From NCBI GenBank assembly GCA_963664405.1, contig OY761158.1:4416001-4480000 (forward strand): a stretch of DNA of 64,000 nucleotides. The letters run 5' to 3'. Both the position numbers and the translations under genes were made by a program. Within the stretch, counting starts at the first letter, position 1. Each line of letters opens with the position of its first letter. Below, piece by piece: positions 9,411 to 17,619 of this stretch. Below the pieces are notes generated by a model. The model ran no database searches. It saw only the letters and a list, made by a program, of their open reading frames with translations, and was not told the origin of the DNA. This DNA comes from Thermoanaerobaculia bacterium (GTDB lineage Bacteria; Acidobacteriota; Thermoanaerobaculia; Multivoradales; Multivoraceae).

Positions 9411-9584
9411 TCAAACGGGCGCAGGCCCCCGAGACTCTGCGGGAGATTGACAGCGAGTCTAGCGCTGCCGTCTGCCCTCAACCCTCAGCTGGCGGCCTGC
9501 TCCTCGACAGCGCAACGGCGCGATACGGGAACAAACCGCGACCGGGCTCGTCTTCGCCTTCGATGCCGACGGTGCCACCGGATC

Positions 9585-10300
9585 TCAAGGACAGGTGGCG
9601 AAAGCCTGCGTGTCCTGGATGGGTTGGAACGGGGTGTGCAGCGGGTTGCCATACTCGCGCACCGCGCCGGTCTCTGTGTCGGTCACCGTCATATCGACCT
9701 CGACGTTGGTCAAGCCGCCGGCGAAGACCCAGAAGCGATTGTTGATGTTGCAGCCGTCGAGAACCTTGAGCACCATTTCGATGTTCTCTGGATTGAAGAA
9801 CCAAAAATAGCCCGTGTCCGGGGTGAGCTCTTCGGCCATGCCGGACCCTTCGCCGCCCTGTATCCGCCAGTCGACCTCGACCTTGAAGCGGCCGTTGTTG
9901 AGACAGAGAATGGTTAGGTCGGGGACACACGGATCTGTGGCCCCTGTGAATGTCGTCGCGGTGGCGTCATTCGAGTACAGGGAGTTGCCAAGAGCGTTTC
10001 GGGCAAGAACCCGGAAGTCGTACGTGGTACCCGGGGGCAGCCCCGAGATGCGTGCGCCGGTCGAATTCTGGGGAACCGAGCCGATGTCATTGAAAAATGA
10101 CCCCTTTCCGAGCTGTTCCTTGAGCTCCACCCTAAACTCGTCCTCGTTATTGGAGTTATCCCTCCAGAACAGATCGATCTCTGATAGCGAGACCCCAGTG
10201 GCCGTCAGGTCGGACGGAGCTGCTGGTGTCTGCGCTACGTCCAAGTAGCGAGCACGGACGCCAAGGGCGCTATACTGAGGAAAGGTGTCAGGCCCTCCGA
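9585..10300 (-). pseudogene. 3' fragment of a secreted protein: fibronectin type III domain plus Cys-rich C-terminal module
   Basis: PAAPSDL..LFWRDNSNNE..YDFRVLARN..YSN (Fn3), then CLNNGRFKV..FWFF..KVLDGC..DTQAFATCP; 5' end replaced by an IS end. Confidence 0.75.
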
Positions 10301-10359
10301 GCTCGAGGACTGGAGCCTCCCCGGGTATTGATGTGAAATAGGCCCGTTCCCCGCCGGGT

Positions 10360-10428
10360 CCGTTCTCATCAGCGGAACGACTGATCACTTTGGCCCGGAA
10401 CCGGCGATCACGATCAGCGGAACACGCA
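10360..10428 (-). mobile_element. Orphan IS21-type terminal repeat
   Basis: Minus strand TGCGTGTTCCGCTGATCGTGATCGCCGGTTCCGGGCCAAAGTGATCAGTCGTTCCGCTGAT, with iterated TTCCG/TGATC subterminal motifs. Confidence 0.65.
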
Positions 10429-10572
10429 GTCTAAACCGGAAATGATGTAGAGCGTAGTCTACCCTCTTTACCTTCATTGGAGCCCGACGAGGAGCACCCC
10501 CGTCTCCGTGAGTTGAGCAGACGGCGGCCCCTGCTTCCCCCTATCCTTCGTGGATAGGTTGGTGGACAACGA

Positions 10573-10672
10573 AGGGCGACCCGCTCCCTCTTTAGTTCGC
10601 CTCAGAACACGCAAATCGCGCTGCGGAGGGGTCGCCCTGGTTGAGTAAGGTGCTACTGGTCGGCGTTTGATG
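10573..10672 (-). repeat. ~100-bp structured element, copy A (inverted relative to 16577-16681)
   Basis: Shares CATCAAACGCC and an exact AAAGAGGGAGCGGGTCGCCCT with copy B. Confidence 0.75.
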
Positions 10673-10782
10673 CAGCCGCCCTAGCGCCAATTGGCGCTAC
10701 CCCTTCGCCCGCTCCGGCATCTGCACCGAAGCCCGCACCTCTTTTAGCATCCGCTCCGTCATAGCCAGGTCCCCGCGGTTTC

Positions 10783-12166
10783 GAGCTATGGTCGAAAGTT
10801 GTGTATGCGGAGGTTGAAGGCGGCGTATCCTGAGGTTGTTCAACGACCTTGGGACGACCTTCCGGAGAAGGAGGATACGCCGTGGTTCAGGGTAACGCAG
10901 AGCGCTTCAGAGAGCCAGGTACAGCGAGTGTGGATGACGCCTTGACCGAGGTGCTGCGACAAGGAGCCCAGGAGCTGCTCCGGGTGGCGGTCGAGGCGGA
11001 AGTGGGCGAGCTGCTCGAGCACTACGCAGAGGAGCGCGACTCAGCCGGTAGACAGAGGCTGGTGCGCAACGGGCATCTGCCGGAGCGGTCGATTCAGACT
11101 GGAATCGGCGACGTCCCGGTGCGAGTCCCGCGAGTGCGGGACCGGGGTGAGACAGAGGAGCCGATCCGCTTCGAGTCGAAACTGGTGCCGCGCTACCTTC
11201 GCAAGTCCAAGAGCATCGAGGAGCTGCTTCCGCTGCTGTACTTGCGCGGCATCTCGACGGGCGACTTCGGTGAGGCACTCAGCGCTCTGCTTGGGCCCAA
11301 CGCGAAGGGTCTGTCGGCCTCCACGATCAGCCGGCTGAAGAAGGACTGGCTCCAGGAATTCGAGAGCTGGTCCAAGCGCGACCTGGGTCGCCAGCAGATT
11401 GTCTACCTGTGGGCCGACGGGATCTACTGCAACGTCCGCTTCGACGACGCCCGGCTATGCCTCCTGGTGCTGATCGGCGCTGACGAAACGGGCAAGAAGC
11501 GACTCTTGGCGGTTCAGGAGGGCTATCGCGAGAGCGAGCAGTCTTGGCGGGAGATCTTGATGGATCTCAAGCACCGCGGCGTAGCCGTCTCGCCCAAGTT
11601 GGCGGTCGCGGATGGTGCCCTGGGCTTCTGGAAGGCGATCACGAAGGTATTCGGCGACACCCGCACCCAGCGTTGCTGGATGCACAAGACCGGGAATGTC
11701 CTGAACTCCCTGCCGAAGTCGACGCAGCCCAAGGCGAAGAAGGCCTTGCACGAGATCTGGCAGGCGGAGACGAGGGCGAAAGCCTATGAGGCGTTCGATG
11801 CCTTCGTAGAGACCTACGAAGCGAAGTACCCGCGAGCCGCCGAGTGCCTGACTAAAGACCGGGACGAGCTCCTCGCCTTCTACGACTTTCCCAGCCAGCA
11901 GTGGCCTCATCTCCGAACGACCAATCCCATCGAATCGACGTTCGCCACCGTCCGTCTTCGCACTGCCAAGACCAGGGGATGTCTGTCGCGAGAGACCATG
12001 CTCACCATGGTCTTCAAGCTCACTCAGAGTGCCGAGAAACGATGGCGACGACTCAGAGGGTTCCACCATCTCGCTGAAGTTGTCGGGGGAGTCCAGTTCG
12101 TCGACGGAGAACATCCATCAACCATCGCCGCCTGATGCCCCCGTACCCAACATTTGACAATAACTC
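10783..12166 (+). mobile_element. Complete IS256-family insertion sequence
   Basis: Imperfect IRs GAGCTATGGTCGAAAGTTG / CAACATTTGACAATAACTC; 9-bp TSD CGCGGTTTC at 10774-10782 and 12167-12175. Confidence 0.95.
10882..12135 (+). CDS. IS256-family (Mutator-type) DDE transposase
   Basis: VRNGHLPER, LYLRGISTGDF, YLWADGI, VADGALGFW, QRCWMHK, RTTNPIES; start codon approximate. Confidence 0.95.
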   Translation: MVQGNAERFREPGTASVDDALTEVLRQGAQELLRVAVEAEVGELLEHYAEERDSAGRQRLVRNGHLPERSIQTGIGDVPVRVPRVRDRGETEEPIRFESKLVPRYLRKSKSIEELLPLLYLRGISTGDFGEALSALLGPNAKGLSASTISRLKKDWLQEFESWSKRDLGRQQIVYLWADGIYCNVRFDDARLCLLVLIGADETGKKRLLAVQEGYRESEQSWREILMDLKHRGVAVSPKLAVADGALGFWKAITKVFGDTRTQRCWMHKTGNVLNSLPKSTQPKAKKALHEIWQAETRAKAYEAFDAFVETYEAKYPRAAECLTKDRDELLAFYDFPSQQWPHLRTTNPIESTFATVRLRTAKTRGCLSRETMLTMVFKLTQSAEKRWRRLRGFHHLAEVVGGVQFVDGEHPSTIAA

Positions 12167-12855
12167 CGCGGTTTCCTGCACTGCGTAGATACTGGTAAGC
12201 CAGCCCCGCCTGGTGAGCTAAGGCGGCCGAGAGGGAGTTGTCCGCCCGGGCCCACAGCGCGATAGCCCGAATGAGATGAAGGGCAGCAAGGCGGGCGATG
12301 TCAGGCGCACGCTTCTCGCAAGGCCGCCCGCCGCCCTGCACGTGGTACTTCCCCTTGTGCCCACCATGCTCGGGCTCTAAGAAGCTGGAGAGCCGCTCGA
12401 TACATGTCTGGTAGCTGCCTTTCTCGCCCTTCTCGATGGCGACTATCAGGCGAGCTTCGGTGTCCCGGCGGGCCTCCGCGATGTTGCGGTCCTCATTGAG
12501 AATCTCGGCTACAGGATCGCTGCGAGTGAAACCTTCCAGCCGGAGCCGAGCATGCTGTACTGGCCCCCACGGGCTCTTCGCCACTTCTTCTTTGCGCGCG
12601 GAGCTCTCGAGTACCTTGCCGATAGGACAACTCTTGCAGACATCCTTCCAGCCATCACTCTGATCTCGTCGCGGAAGGCACCATGGCTCCTTGACTCGCT
12701 CAGCCCATTCCTCGGGGTCTTCCTTCCTCGAGATGGCCGCAAGGCCAAGGCAGACCAGGGCACCGTGGGGCTTCCACTCAACGGCATCGAGCCATCTCTT
12801 CATCCCCTCTACGTCGTTGGCGAGGTACGCCTCCCCGAAGGCATCTCCCCTAGGG

Positions 12856-13194
12856 TTATTGCTCTTCCGCATCGGCGGCCTCCCGTTCCCCTCGCTCCGG
12901 CCAAGCAGCAGGGAGGCCCTGCATCGCCTGAGCGAAGGCGTAGCGCTCCTGAGCCTGGTTCTTACCAGAAGAGCTCTCCAACTCCATCCTCGCCGCCTCC
13001 TTGAAGGCAGCGGCTATGTCGGGTAGCGCTTCTGCGCTCAGTTCGACATCGCCAGCGACCTTGGCCGCTAGGCGGTCGATCTGGTCCTGCAGGTCGCGGA
13101 CACTCTTGGCGACCTCGAGCAGCTCGCGGAGAGTCTGCTGTGGACTCGCGCCGGGGTCGCGGCCGGCTTCTGTAGACTCTTGGTAGCTGGACAT
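12856..13194 (-). CDS. Hypothetical coiled-coil protein (cargo 1 of the HTH cassette)
   Basis: GAGGAGG RBS; N-terminus MSSYQESTEAGRDP shared with the 41645 ORF. Confidence 0.7.
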   Translation of the reverse strand: MSSYQESTEAGRDPGASPQQTLRELLEVAKSVRDLQDQIDRLAAKVAGDVELSAEALPDIAAAFKEAARMELESSSGKNQAQERYAFAQAMQGLPAAWPERGEREAADAEEQ

Positions 13195-13260
13195 AGGGGA
13201 TCCTCCTCTGTCTGGTCAGGGCCTCGTTGGGAGCACGAACTCCCGCGGGGCCCGTTTGGT

Positions 13261-13464
13261 TTACTCGTCCTTCTTCGTCAACTCCAATCCCAAGTACTCG
13301 GCAAGGCGGTCGAGGGTGGTCGTGTTCAGTCCGCGCTCTCCCCGCACGAAGCGGGATAGCTGCGATTGGCCTACCTTCGTCTGTCTCGCGATCTCGCGGA
13401 GCGAGGCTCCGCTCTCGGCGATGGCCCTTCGGACCTCCTCACTGACGATAAGGATCGGTGTCAC
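13261..13464 (-). CDS. Cro/C1-type (XRE) HTH protein
   Basis: SLREIARQTKVGQSQLSRFVRGERGLNTTTLDRLAEYLG; paralog at 41706-41918. Confidence 0.88.
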   Translation of the reverse strand: MTPILIVSEEVRRAIAESGASLREIARQTKVGQSQLSRFVRGERGLNTTTLDRLAEYLGLELTKKDE

Positions 13465-13476
13465 GACGTTGGGGCG

Positions 13477-13506
13477 AGTCTACGTGGCCTTCATCTATGA
13501 TGTCAA
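13477..13506 (-). promoter_or_regulatory. Sigma70-type promoter of the HTH gene (TTGACA-N18-TAGACT)
   Basis: Same hexamers and spacing at 41930-41959 despite a divergent spacer. Confidence 0.7.
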
Positions 13507-13550
13507 ACAGCATCATTAAGCGTGACAGCGTTGCGGCCATCTAAAGTGAA

Positions 13551-13568
13551 TGTGTCCATATGGACACA
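13551..13568. promoter_or_regulatory. Perfect 18-bp palindrome TGTGTCCATATGGACACA, candidate operator
   Basis: Lies between divergent HTH genes; degenerate version TGTCCGCATAGACA at 41988-42001. Confidence 0.5.
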
Positions 13569-13682
13569 GGGGGTCTGGGATTGAAACTCTCTGACCCCCT
13601 CCTGTACACCCTCCCGTACCCTCGGCCACAATGGACTGTTTCGCCGAACTGGCTCGGCGACCGTTCATATGAGGAGAAGAGG

Positions 13683-13910
13683 ATGGGATTTCTAGACCAG
13701 CTGATCTCGATTGACGAGCTGGCAACCAAGCTAGGCGTCAATCCCAAGACCGTGCGCCGCTGGATGGACCGCGCCGAGCTGCTGGGGCTCGATGACGCCT
13801 TCTATCAGGTCGAGCCGTGGGGGCGCATCACGGTGCACGAGCCTACTTTTGAGAAGTGGTACAAGGGGCGGCTAAAGACGCGGCTAGGAGAGCGGGGGAG
13901 GGCGGCGTGA
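13683..13910 (+). CDS. Small HTH DNA-binding protein (excisionase/Cro-like)
   Basis: ISIDELATKLGVNPKTVRRW; RBS GAGGAG; RAA tail common in phage regulators. Confidence 0.75.
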   Translation: MGFLDQLISIDELATKLGVNPKTVRRWMDRAELLGLDDAFYQVEPWGRITVHEPTFEKWYKGRLKTRLGERGRAA

Positions 13911-13983
13911 GCCGCAAAGCGGGTGAGGCCGGCGTGGGCCCTACAAGCAGGACCCATTGGAGAGACCGAGGAAGTAGGTTGCC

Positions 13984-14319
13984 ATGTCTCTGAGCGTCAC
14001 CATCGACACACGAGAAGTCGAGGAGAGAATCGTCGAGCGTCTCCGCCAGGAGCTCCCGTCGATCATCAACGAGGCGACCAACCCGAAGAAGGACCCGGAT
14101 GAGTGGCTCGAGTACTCACAGGTAATGCAGGAGATTCGCCTGGGGCGCACGAGCTCGGATGCACTACTGGAGCTCGGCCTGCTGCCCCGATGCGACCTGC
14201 GAATGGGCTCCAAGAGGATCTGGCTGCGACGGACGGTTGAGGCGTTCAAGCGACAAGTTGAAAAGGATGGCTATCTCGAGCTGATTAGACCGGACACGAA
14301 GAAGCCGCGAGCTACCTAG
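13984..14319 (+). CDS. AlpA/excisionase-like DNA-binding protein
   Basis: EWLEYSQVMQEIRLGRTS...GLLP....GSKRIWLRRTVEAF. Confidence 0.6.
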   Translation: MSLSVTIDTREVEERIVERLRQELPSIINEATNPKKDPDEWLEYSQVMQEIRLGRTSSDALLELGLLPRCDLRMGSKRIWLRRTVEAFKRQVEKDGYLELIRPDTKKPRAT

Positions 14320-14708
14320 GGGACACCCCAGCACGCCAGGCCATGAGCCCTACTTACGCTCTAGTTACGCCTACAAGGGCCGATCGCTTCTTGGGGGTGT
14401 AGTACCCTTAGCGAGGCCCTGTTCGGGCGTTGTGGGGCCGCTCAGGCGGCCTACACCGTGCTGTTGGCGAACACCTCGCCGCCGCTTCGTCTCGATGACA
14501 TACGGACCGGGTCGATCAGCTTGAGGTTGATTCGACCTAGAGCGGCCGGCTTGACCCGCCTTACCGCCGTGAACGCGTCCAAGCCGCAAAGAGTTCTGTC
14601 CATCGGTGGACGTAACTACATTTCGTGGCGCACTTTTCCCCTCGTCTCCGCATGTATGGACAGGGGAGCGCTGGATTGGGCCAGCCCTTCCTGTGTGGGA
14701 GGTTGAAT

Positions 14709-16400
14709 ATGCCCGAGAGAACACCTGGACTCACTGTTCTCGTGAGTCTGTCAGCCCTAGTGGTCTTCAGCGCGGTACAGGCACAAGACGTGCTTCAGGT
14801 GGTTGATGTGACTGGCCAGACGGTCGGCACGCTGCTCGACAGCCAATTCGTGGTCGTCGACGTTGGTGATGGGCTACTTACGACCGTCACGGTGGCCAAC
14901 TGTGGCCGATCGGGATTTCGGATGTGGTCCGGAAACGGCCCGCGCGTGAGATTCGCCTCGAGTGACTGTTCGGGTCAAGGATACTTTCGTTCAGAAGGAG
15001 GCTTTCTTACCAGCGTCGGCTTTCTAGTATCGCTGGGTTGCTTTACGACCGATCTGGCGTTGTGTAGCTGCGCCGGCCAGACCGCTGACCACAACACCAT
15101 CTATGTGCCTGACCTGGACGGCCCGACCATGTCGTTTACTGCGCACTCGGCTCTGCTACAGAACAGCTCCGAGTGCTTTCCCGAGACACAGAACATCGTG
15201 GACGGCATTCCTGTGAGGGAGGGCTTCGACCCAAGTGTCTTCACAGGCCCCTTTTCGGTCGGTCGCCAAGGCGGGGGCATGATGATGTTAGATGCTTCAA
15301 CATTCACCTCCCCAAGCAACGAGGCATTCGGCGGGGTCCAAGTCGGCAATCGGGGGACCGGAGTACTGGAGATCACAAATGGTGGCACCGTTGACATCAT
15401 TCGCGATTCCGGCCTTGTCGACCCGGGTCCCTCCGGCGTTGTCACTGGGTTCTTTGATACCGGAATCGGTACGGTAAATCTCCGCAACGGATCTTCAATC
15501 TCCGTAACCGGTGGCACAGAGTGGGTGGCGATCGGAAAGTCGGGTCAAGGGACTCTGAATGTGTTGGGCGGGAGCAGCCTAACGCTCGAAAACCTCGATT
15601 CCCTTGGATATGGCACCATCGGTTCGGATCCCGGAGCCGGGGTTCCACCCGCAGTCGGAAGTCTTCTAGTGAGCGGTGTCGGTTCCATGGTAGACACCGG
15701 CGAGATCCTGGCTTGCGCGAAACGCATCTCCGACTCCCTCACTCTCGTCGATTTCGAGCGCATCCCCGCCAATCTGATCGAAGGCGGCACCGGTTCGATG
15801 ATAGTCCGCGACGGTGGGGTAATAAGGGCCGCCGAAATCGTCATCGGACCCGACTGCGTCGCCTCGGGGGATGGCACGCTCGATGGCAATGTGACGCTGG
15901 AAGGCACCCTGCTACCCGGCAATTCACCCGGCACGATCACGATCATCAACGGCAACCTGACTCTGGCAGAAGGCGGCACCATAAAAATGGAGATTGACGG
16001 AACCGGTGCCGGGCAGTTCGACGCGGTGAAGGTCGACGGCGACGTAATCTTGAACGGAGGCACCATCGAGATCGAAATGGACGAGTCGCTCGAACCCGAA
16101 GCGATTTCCAGTGTGATGTTGGTGGAGGCGGTGGGGGGAGATATTAGCGGTACCGTCGAGCTTGTTGTCAACGACAGCGAACCCGAGACGTTGACGGTGG
16201 AAGACTCGGCGACGCTCGTCCCGCTCGTCCCGTGTGAAGGCCCGCCTGGGACTACCGAGCCGTGGAAGAACCACGGCAAGTACGTCTCAGCCGTGGCCCA
16301 CGCTGCCAGCGATCTTTTCGACCGTGGGTTGATCAGTGCGGCGACGAAAGGCGCCATCGTCTCCGAGGCAACTGGCTCGAGTTGCGGCAGCGAGAACTAG
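14709..16400 (+). CDS. Secreted beta-rich repeat protein (autotransporter-passenger/PEP-CTERM-repeat-like)
   Basis: Signal peptide, repeated GxxGxGTLxIxxGG strands, GTLLPGNSPGTITI motif, C-terminal WKNHGKYVSAV module. Confidence 0.75.
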   Translation: MPERTPGLTVLVSLSALVVFSAVQAQDVLQVVDVTGQTVGTLLDSQFVVVDVGDGLLTTVTVANCGRSGFRMWSGNGPRVRFASSDCSGQGYFRSEGGFLTSVGFLVSLGCFTTDLALCSCAGQTADHNTIYVPDLDGPTMSFTAHSALLQNSSECFPETQNIVDGIPVREGFDPSVFTGPFSVGRQGGGMMMLDASTFTSPSNEAFGGVQVGNRGTGVLEITNGGTVDIIRDSGLVDPGPSGVVTGFFDTGIGTVNLRNGSSISVTGGTEWVAIGKSGQGTLNVLGGSSLTLENLDSLGYGTIGSDPGAGVPPAVGSLLVSGVGSMVDTGEILACAKRISDSLTLVDFERIPANLIEGGTGSMIVRDGGVIRAAEIVIGPDCVASGDGTLDGNVTLEGTLLPGNSPGTITIINGNLTLAEGGTIKMEIDGTGAGQFDAVKVDGDVILNGGTIEIEMDESLEPEAISSVMLVEAVGGDISGTVELVVNDSEPETLTVEDSATLVPLVPCEGPPGTTEPWKNHGKYVSAVAHAASDLFDRGLISAATKGAIVSEATGSSCGSEN

Positions 16401-16576
16401 AAGCAACCGCTTCGGCTCAGTGGGAATTGGCTTGTCGTCTTATCTGGCGCACTGCGACACGAATAGCTCGAGCCGAATAAGCCTCCGGTAGCGCGAGGCG
16501 CCCCTATCGAGACGAAAGAAGGCCTACTCAAGGGCAGGCTGTTCGCGGTCCGTTGACAGATCGGCCCGACCCCCCT

Positions 16577-16681
16577 CATCAAACGCCAGCTGCCAGCAGC
16601 CTTGTCTAGCAGGGGCGGCTCCTCCACGGCGCGATTGCGTAGCTACAGAAGTGGCAAATGAAAGAGGGAGCGGGTCGCCCT
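16577..16681 (+). repeat. ~100-bp structured element, copy B
   Basis: Reverse-complement homolog of 10573-10672. Confidence 0.75.
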
Positions 16682-16766
16682 GCCCCCTTTCACTACAAGA
16701 GGTGCCACCCGCTGCAGAAAGGATGCACCGCCCCCTTACGGGAACTAGTATCTTTGAGGACAGAGA

Positions 16767-17495
16767 ATGTCTATCGCGAGAGAAAACATCAAGGCGCTGT
16801 GCTTCGACTTCGGCAACACGCTGGTGGAATTTGGACCGCGCCAGGTAGCCGCACAGTACGAAACATTTGAGCGAACGTTGACCGGCCTGTTCGGTCCCTG
16901 CGACGCAGCGCGCTTCAAGGCCGTGCGAGATCGCCAGCGCGCTGCCCCGCTCAGCAACGGCTACAAGGAGAGCGAATTGACGTCGCTCTCGCAGGAGTTG
17001 ATTCGGGAGCTCTACGATGTAGAGCCGGACGAACACCACATCGAAGTCCTAAATCAGACGCGTTGCGATTCGCTTGCTGACGCCATTGAGCTTAACGATG
17101 AGGTGTTGCCGCTCTTGCGCGAGCTCCGGCGGCGATACCGCCTGGGATTGTTGTCGAACTACCCCTGCAGTCGCTCTGTTCGCAACGTCCTCGCCAAGGT
17201 GGGCCTGTTGGACATCTTCGAGGTGGTTGTGATCTCGGGCGATGTCGGGTACGTGAAGCCTCACACCAGGCCGTTCGAGGCCATGTTGTCGCAGATGGGC
17301 CTTGCCCCCTCGGAGTGTCTATACGTCGGCGACAACTGGCTGGCGGATATTCAAGGGGCAAAGCAGATCGGGATGCGGGCGGTTCTAACGACTCAGTACA
17401 CACCCCACACAATCTTCAAGCCCGTGGTGGGCGATCACTTACCCGACGCACGCATCGCACACCTAGACGAACTTCGGACGCTGCTTCTGAGCTGA
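16767..17495 (+). CDS. HAD-superfamily hydrolase
   Basis: FDFGNTL, LLSN, VKP, YVGDNWLADIQGA. Confidence 0.92.
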   Translation: MSIARENIKALCFDFGNTLVEFGPRQVAAQYETFERTLTGLFGPCDAARFKAVRDRQRAAPLSNGYKESELTSLSQELIRELYDVEPDEHHIEVLNQTRCDSLADAIELNDEVLPLLRELRRRYRLGLLSNYPCSRSVRNVLAKVGLLDIFEVVVISGDVGYVKPHTRPFEAMLSQMGLAPSECLYVGDNWLADIQGAKQIGMRAVLTTQYTPHTIFKPVVGDHLPDARIAHLDELRTLLLS

Positions 17496-17619
17496 GCTGT
17501 CACCTTCCGCGCTTTACACCTGCCAGCGGCATTCGCCACAATCAACTGGGCGAATCGAGCAATCGCGCAGACTCGCTGACTGCGGGTTCCCCTAACGATC
17601 GACGGTGGCGTACAGAGGG

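Larger units (their letters stand above)
10698..12872 (-). pseudogene. Hypothetical protein interrupted near its 3' end by IS256
   Basis: Removing the IS and one TSD copy restores the frame ...SAGNRG-DLAMTERMLKEVRASVQMPERAKG-stop (~10698). Confidence 0.7.

Noticed and set aside
12024-12175. C-terminus of the 282-aa ORF as listed in the ORF track
   Set aside because: It is read-through into the IS256 right end; the true tail lies at 10698-10782
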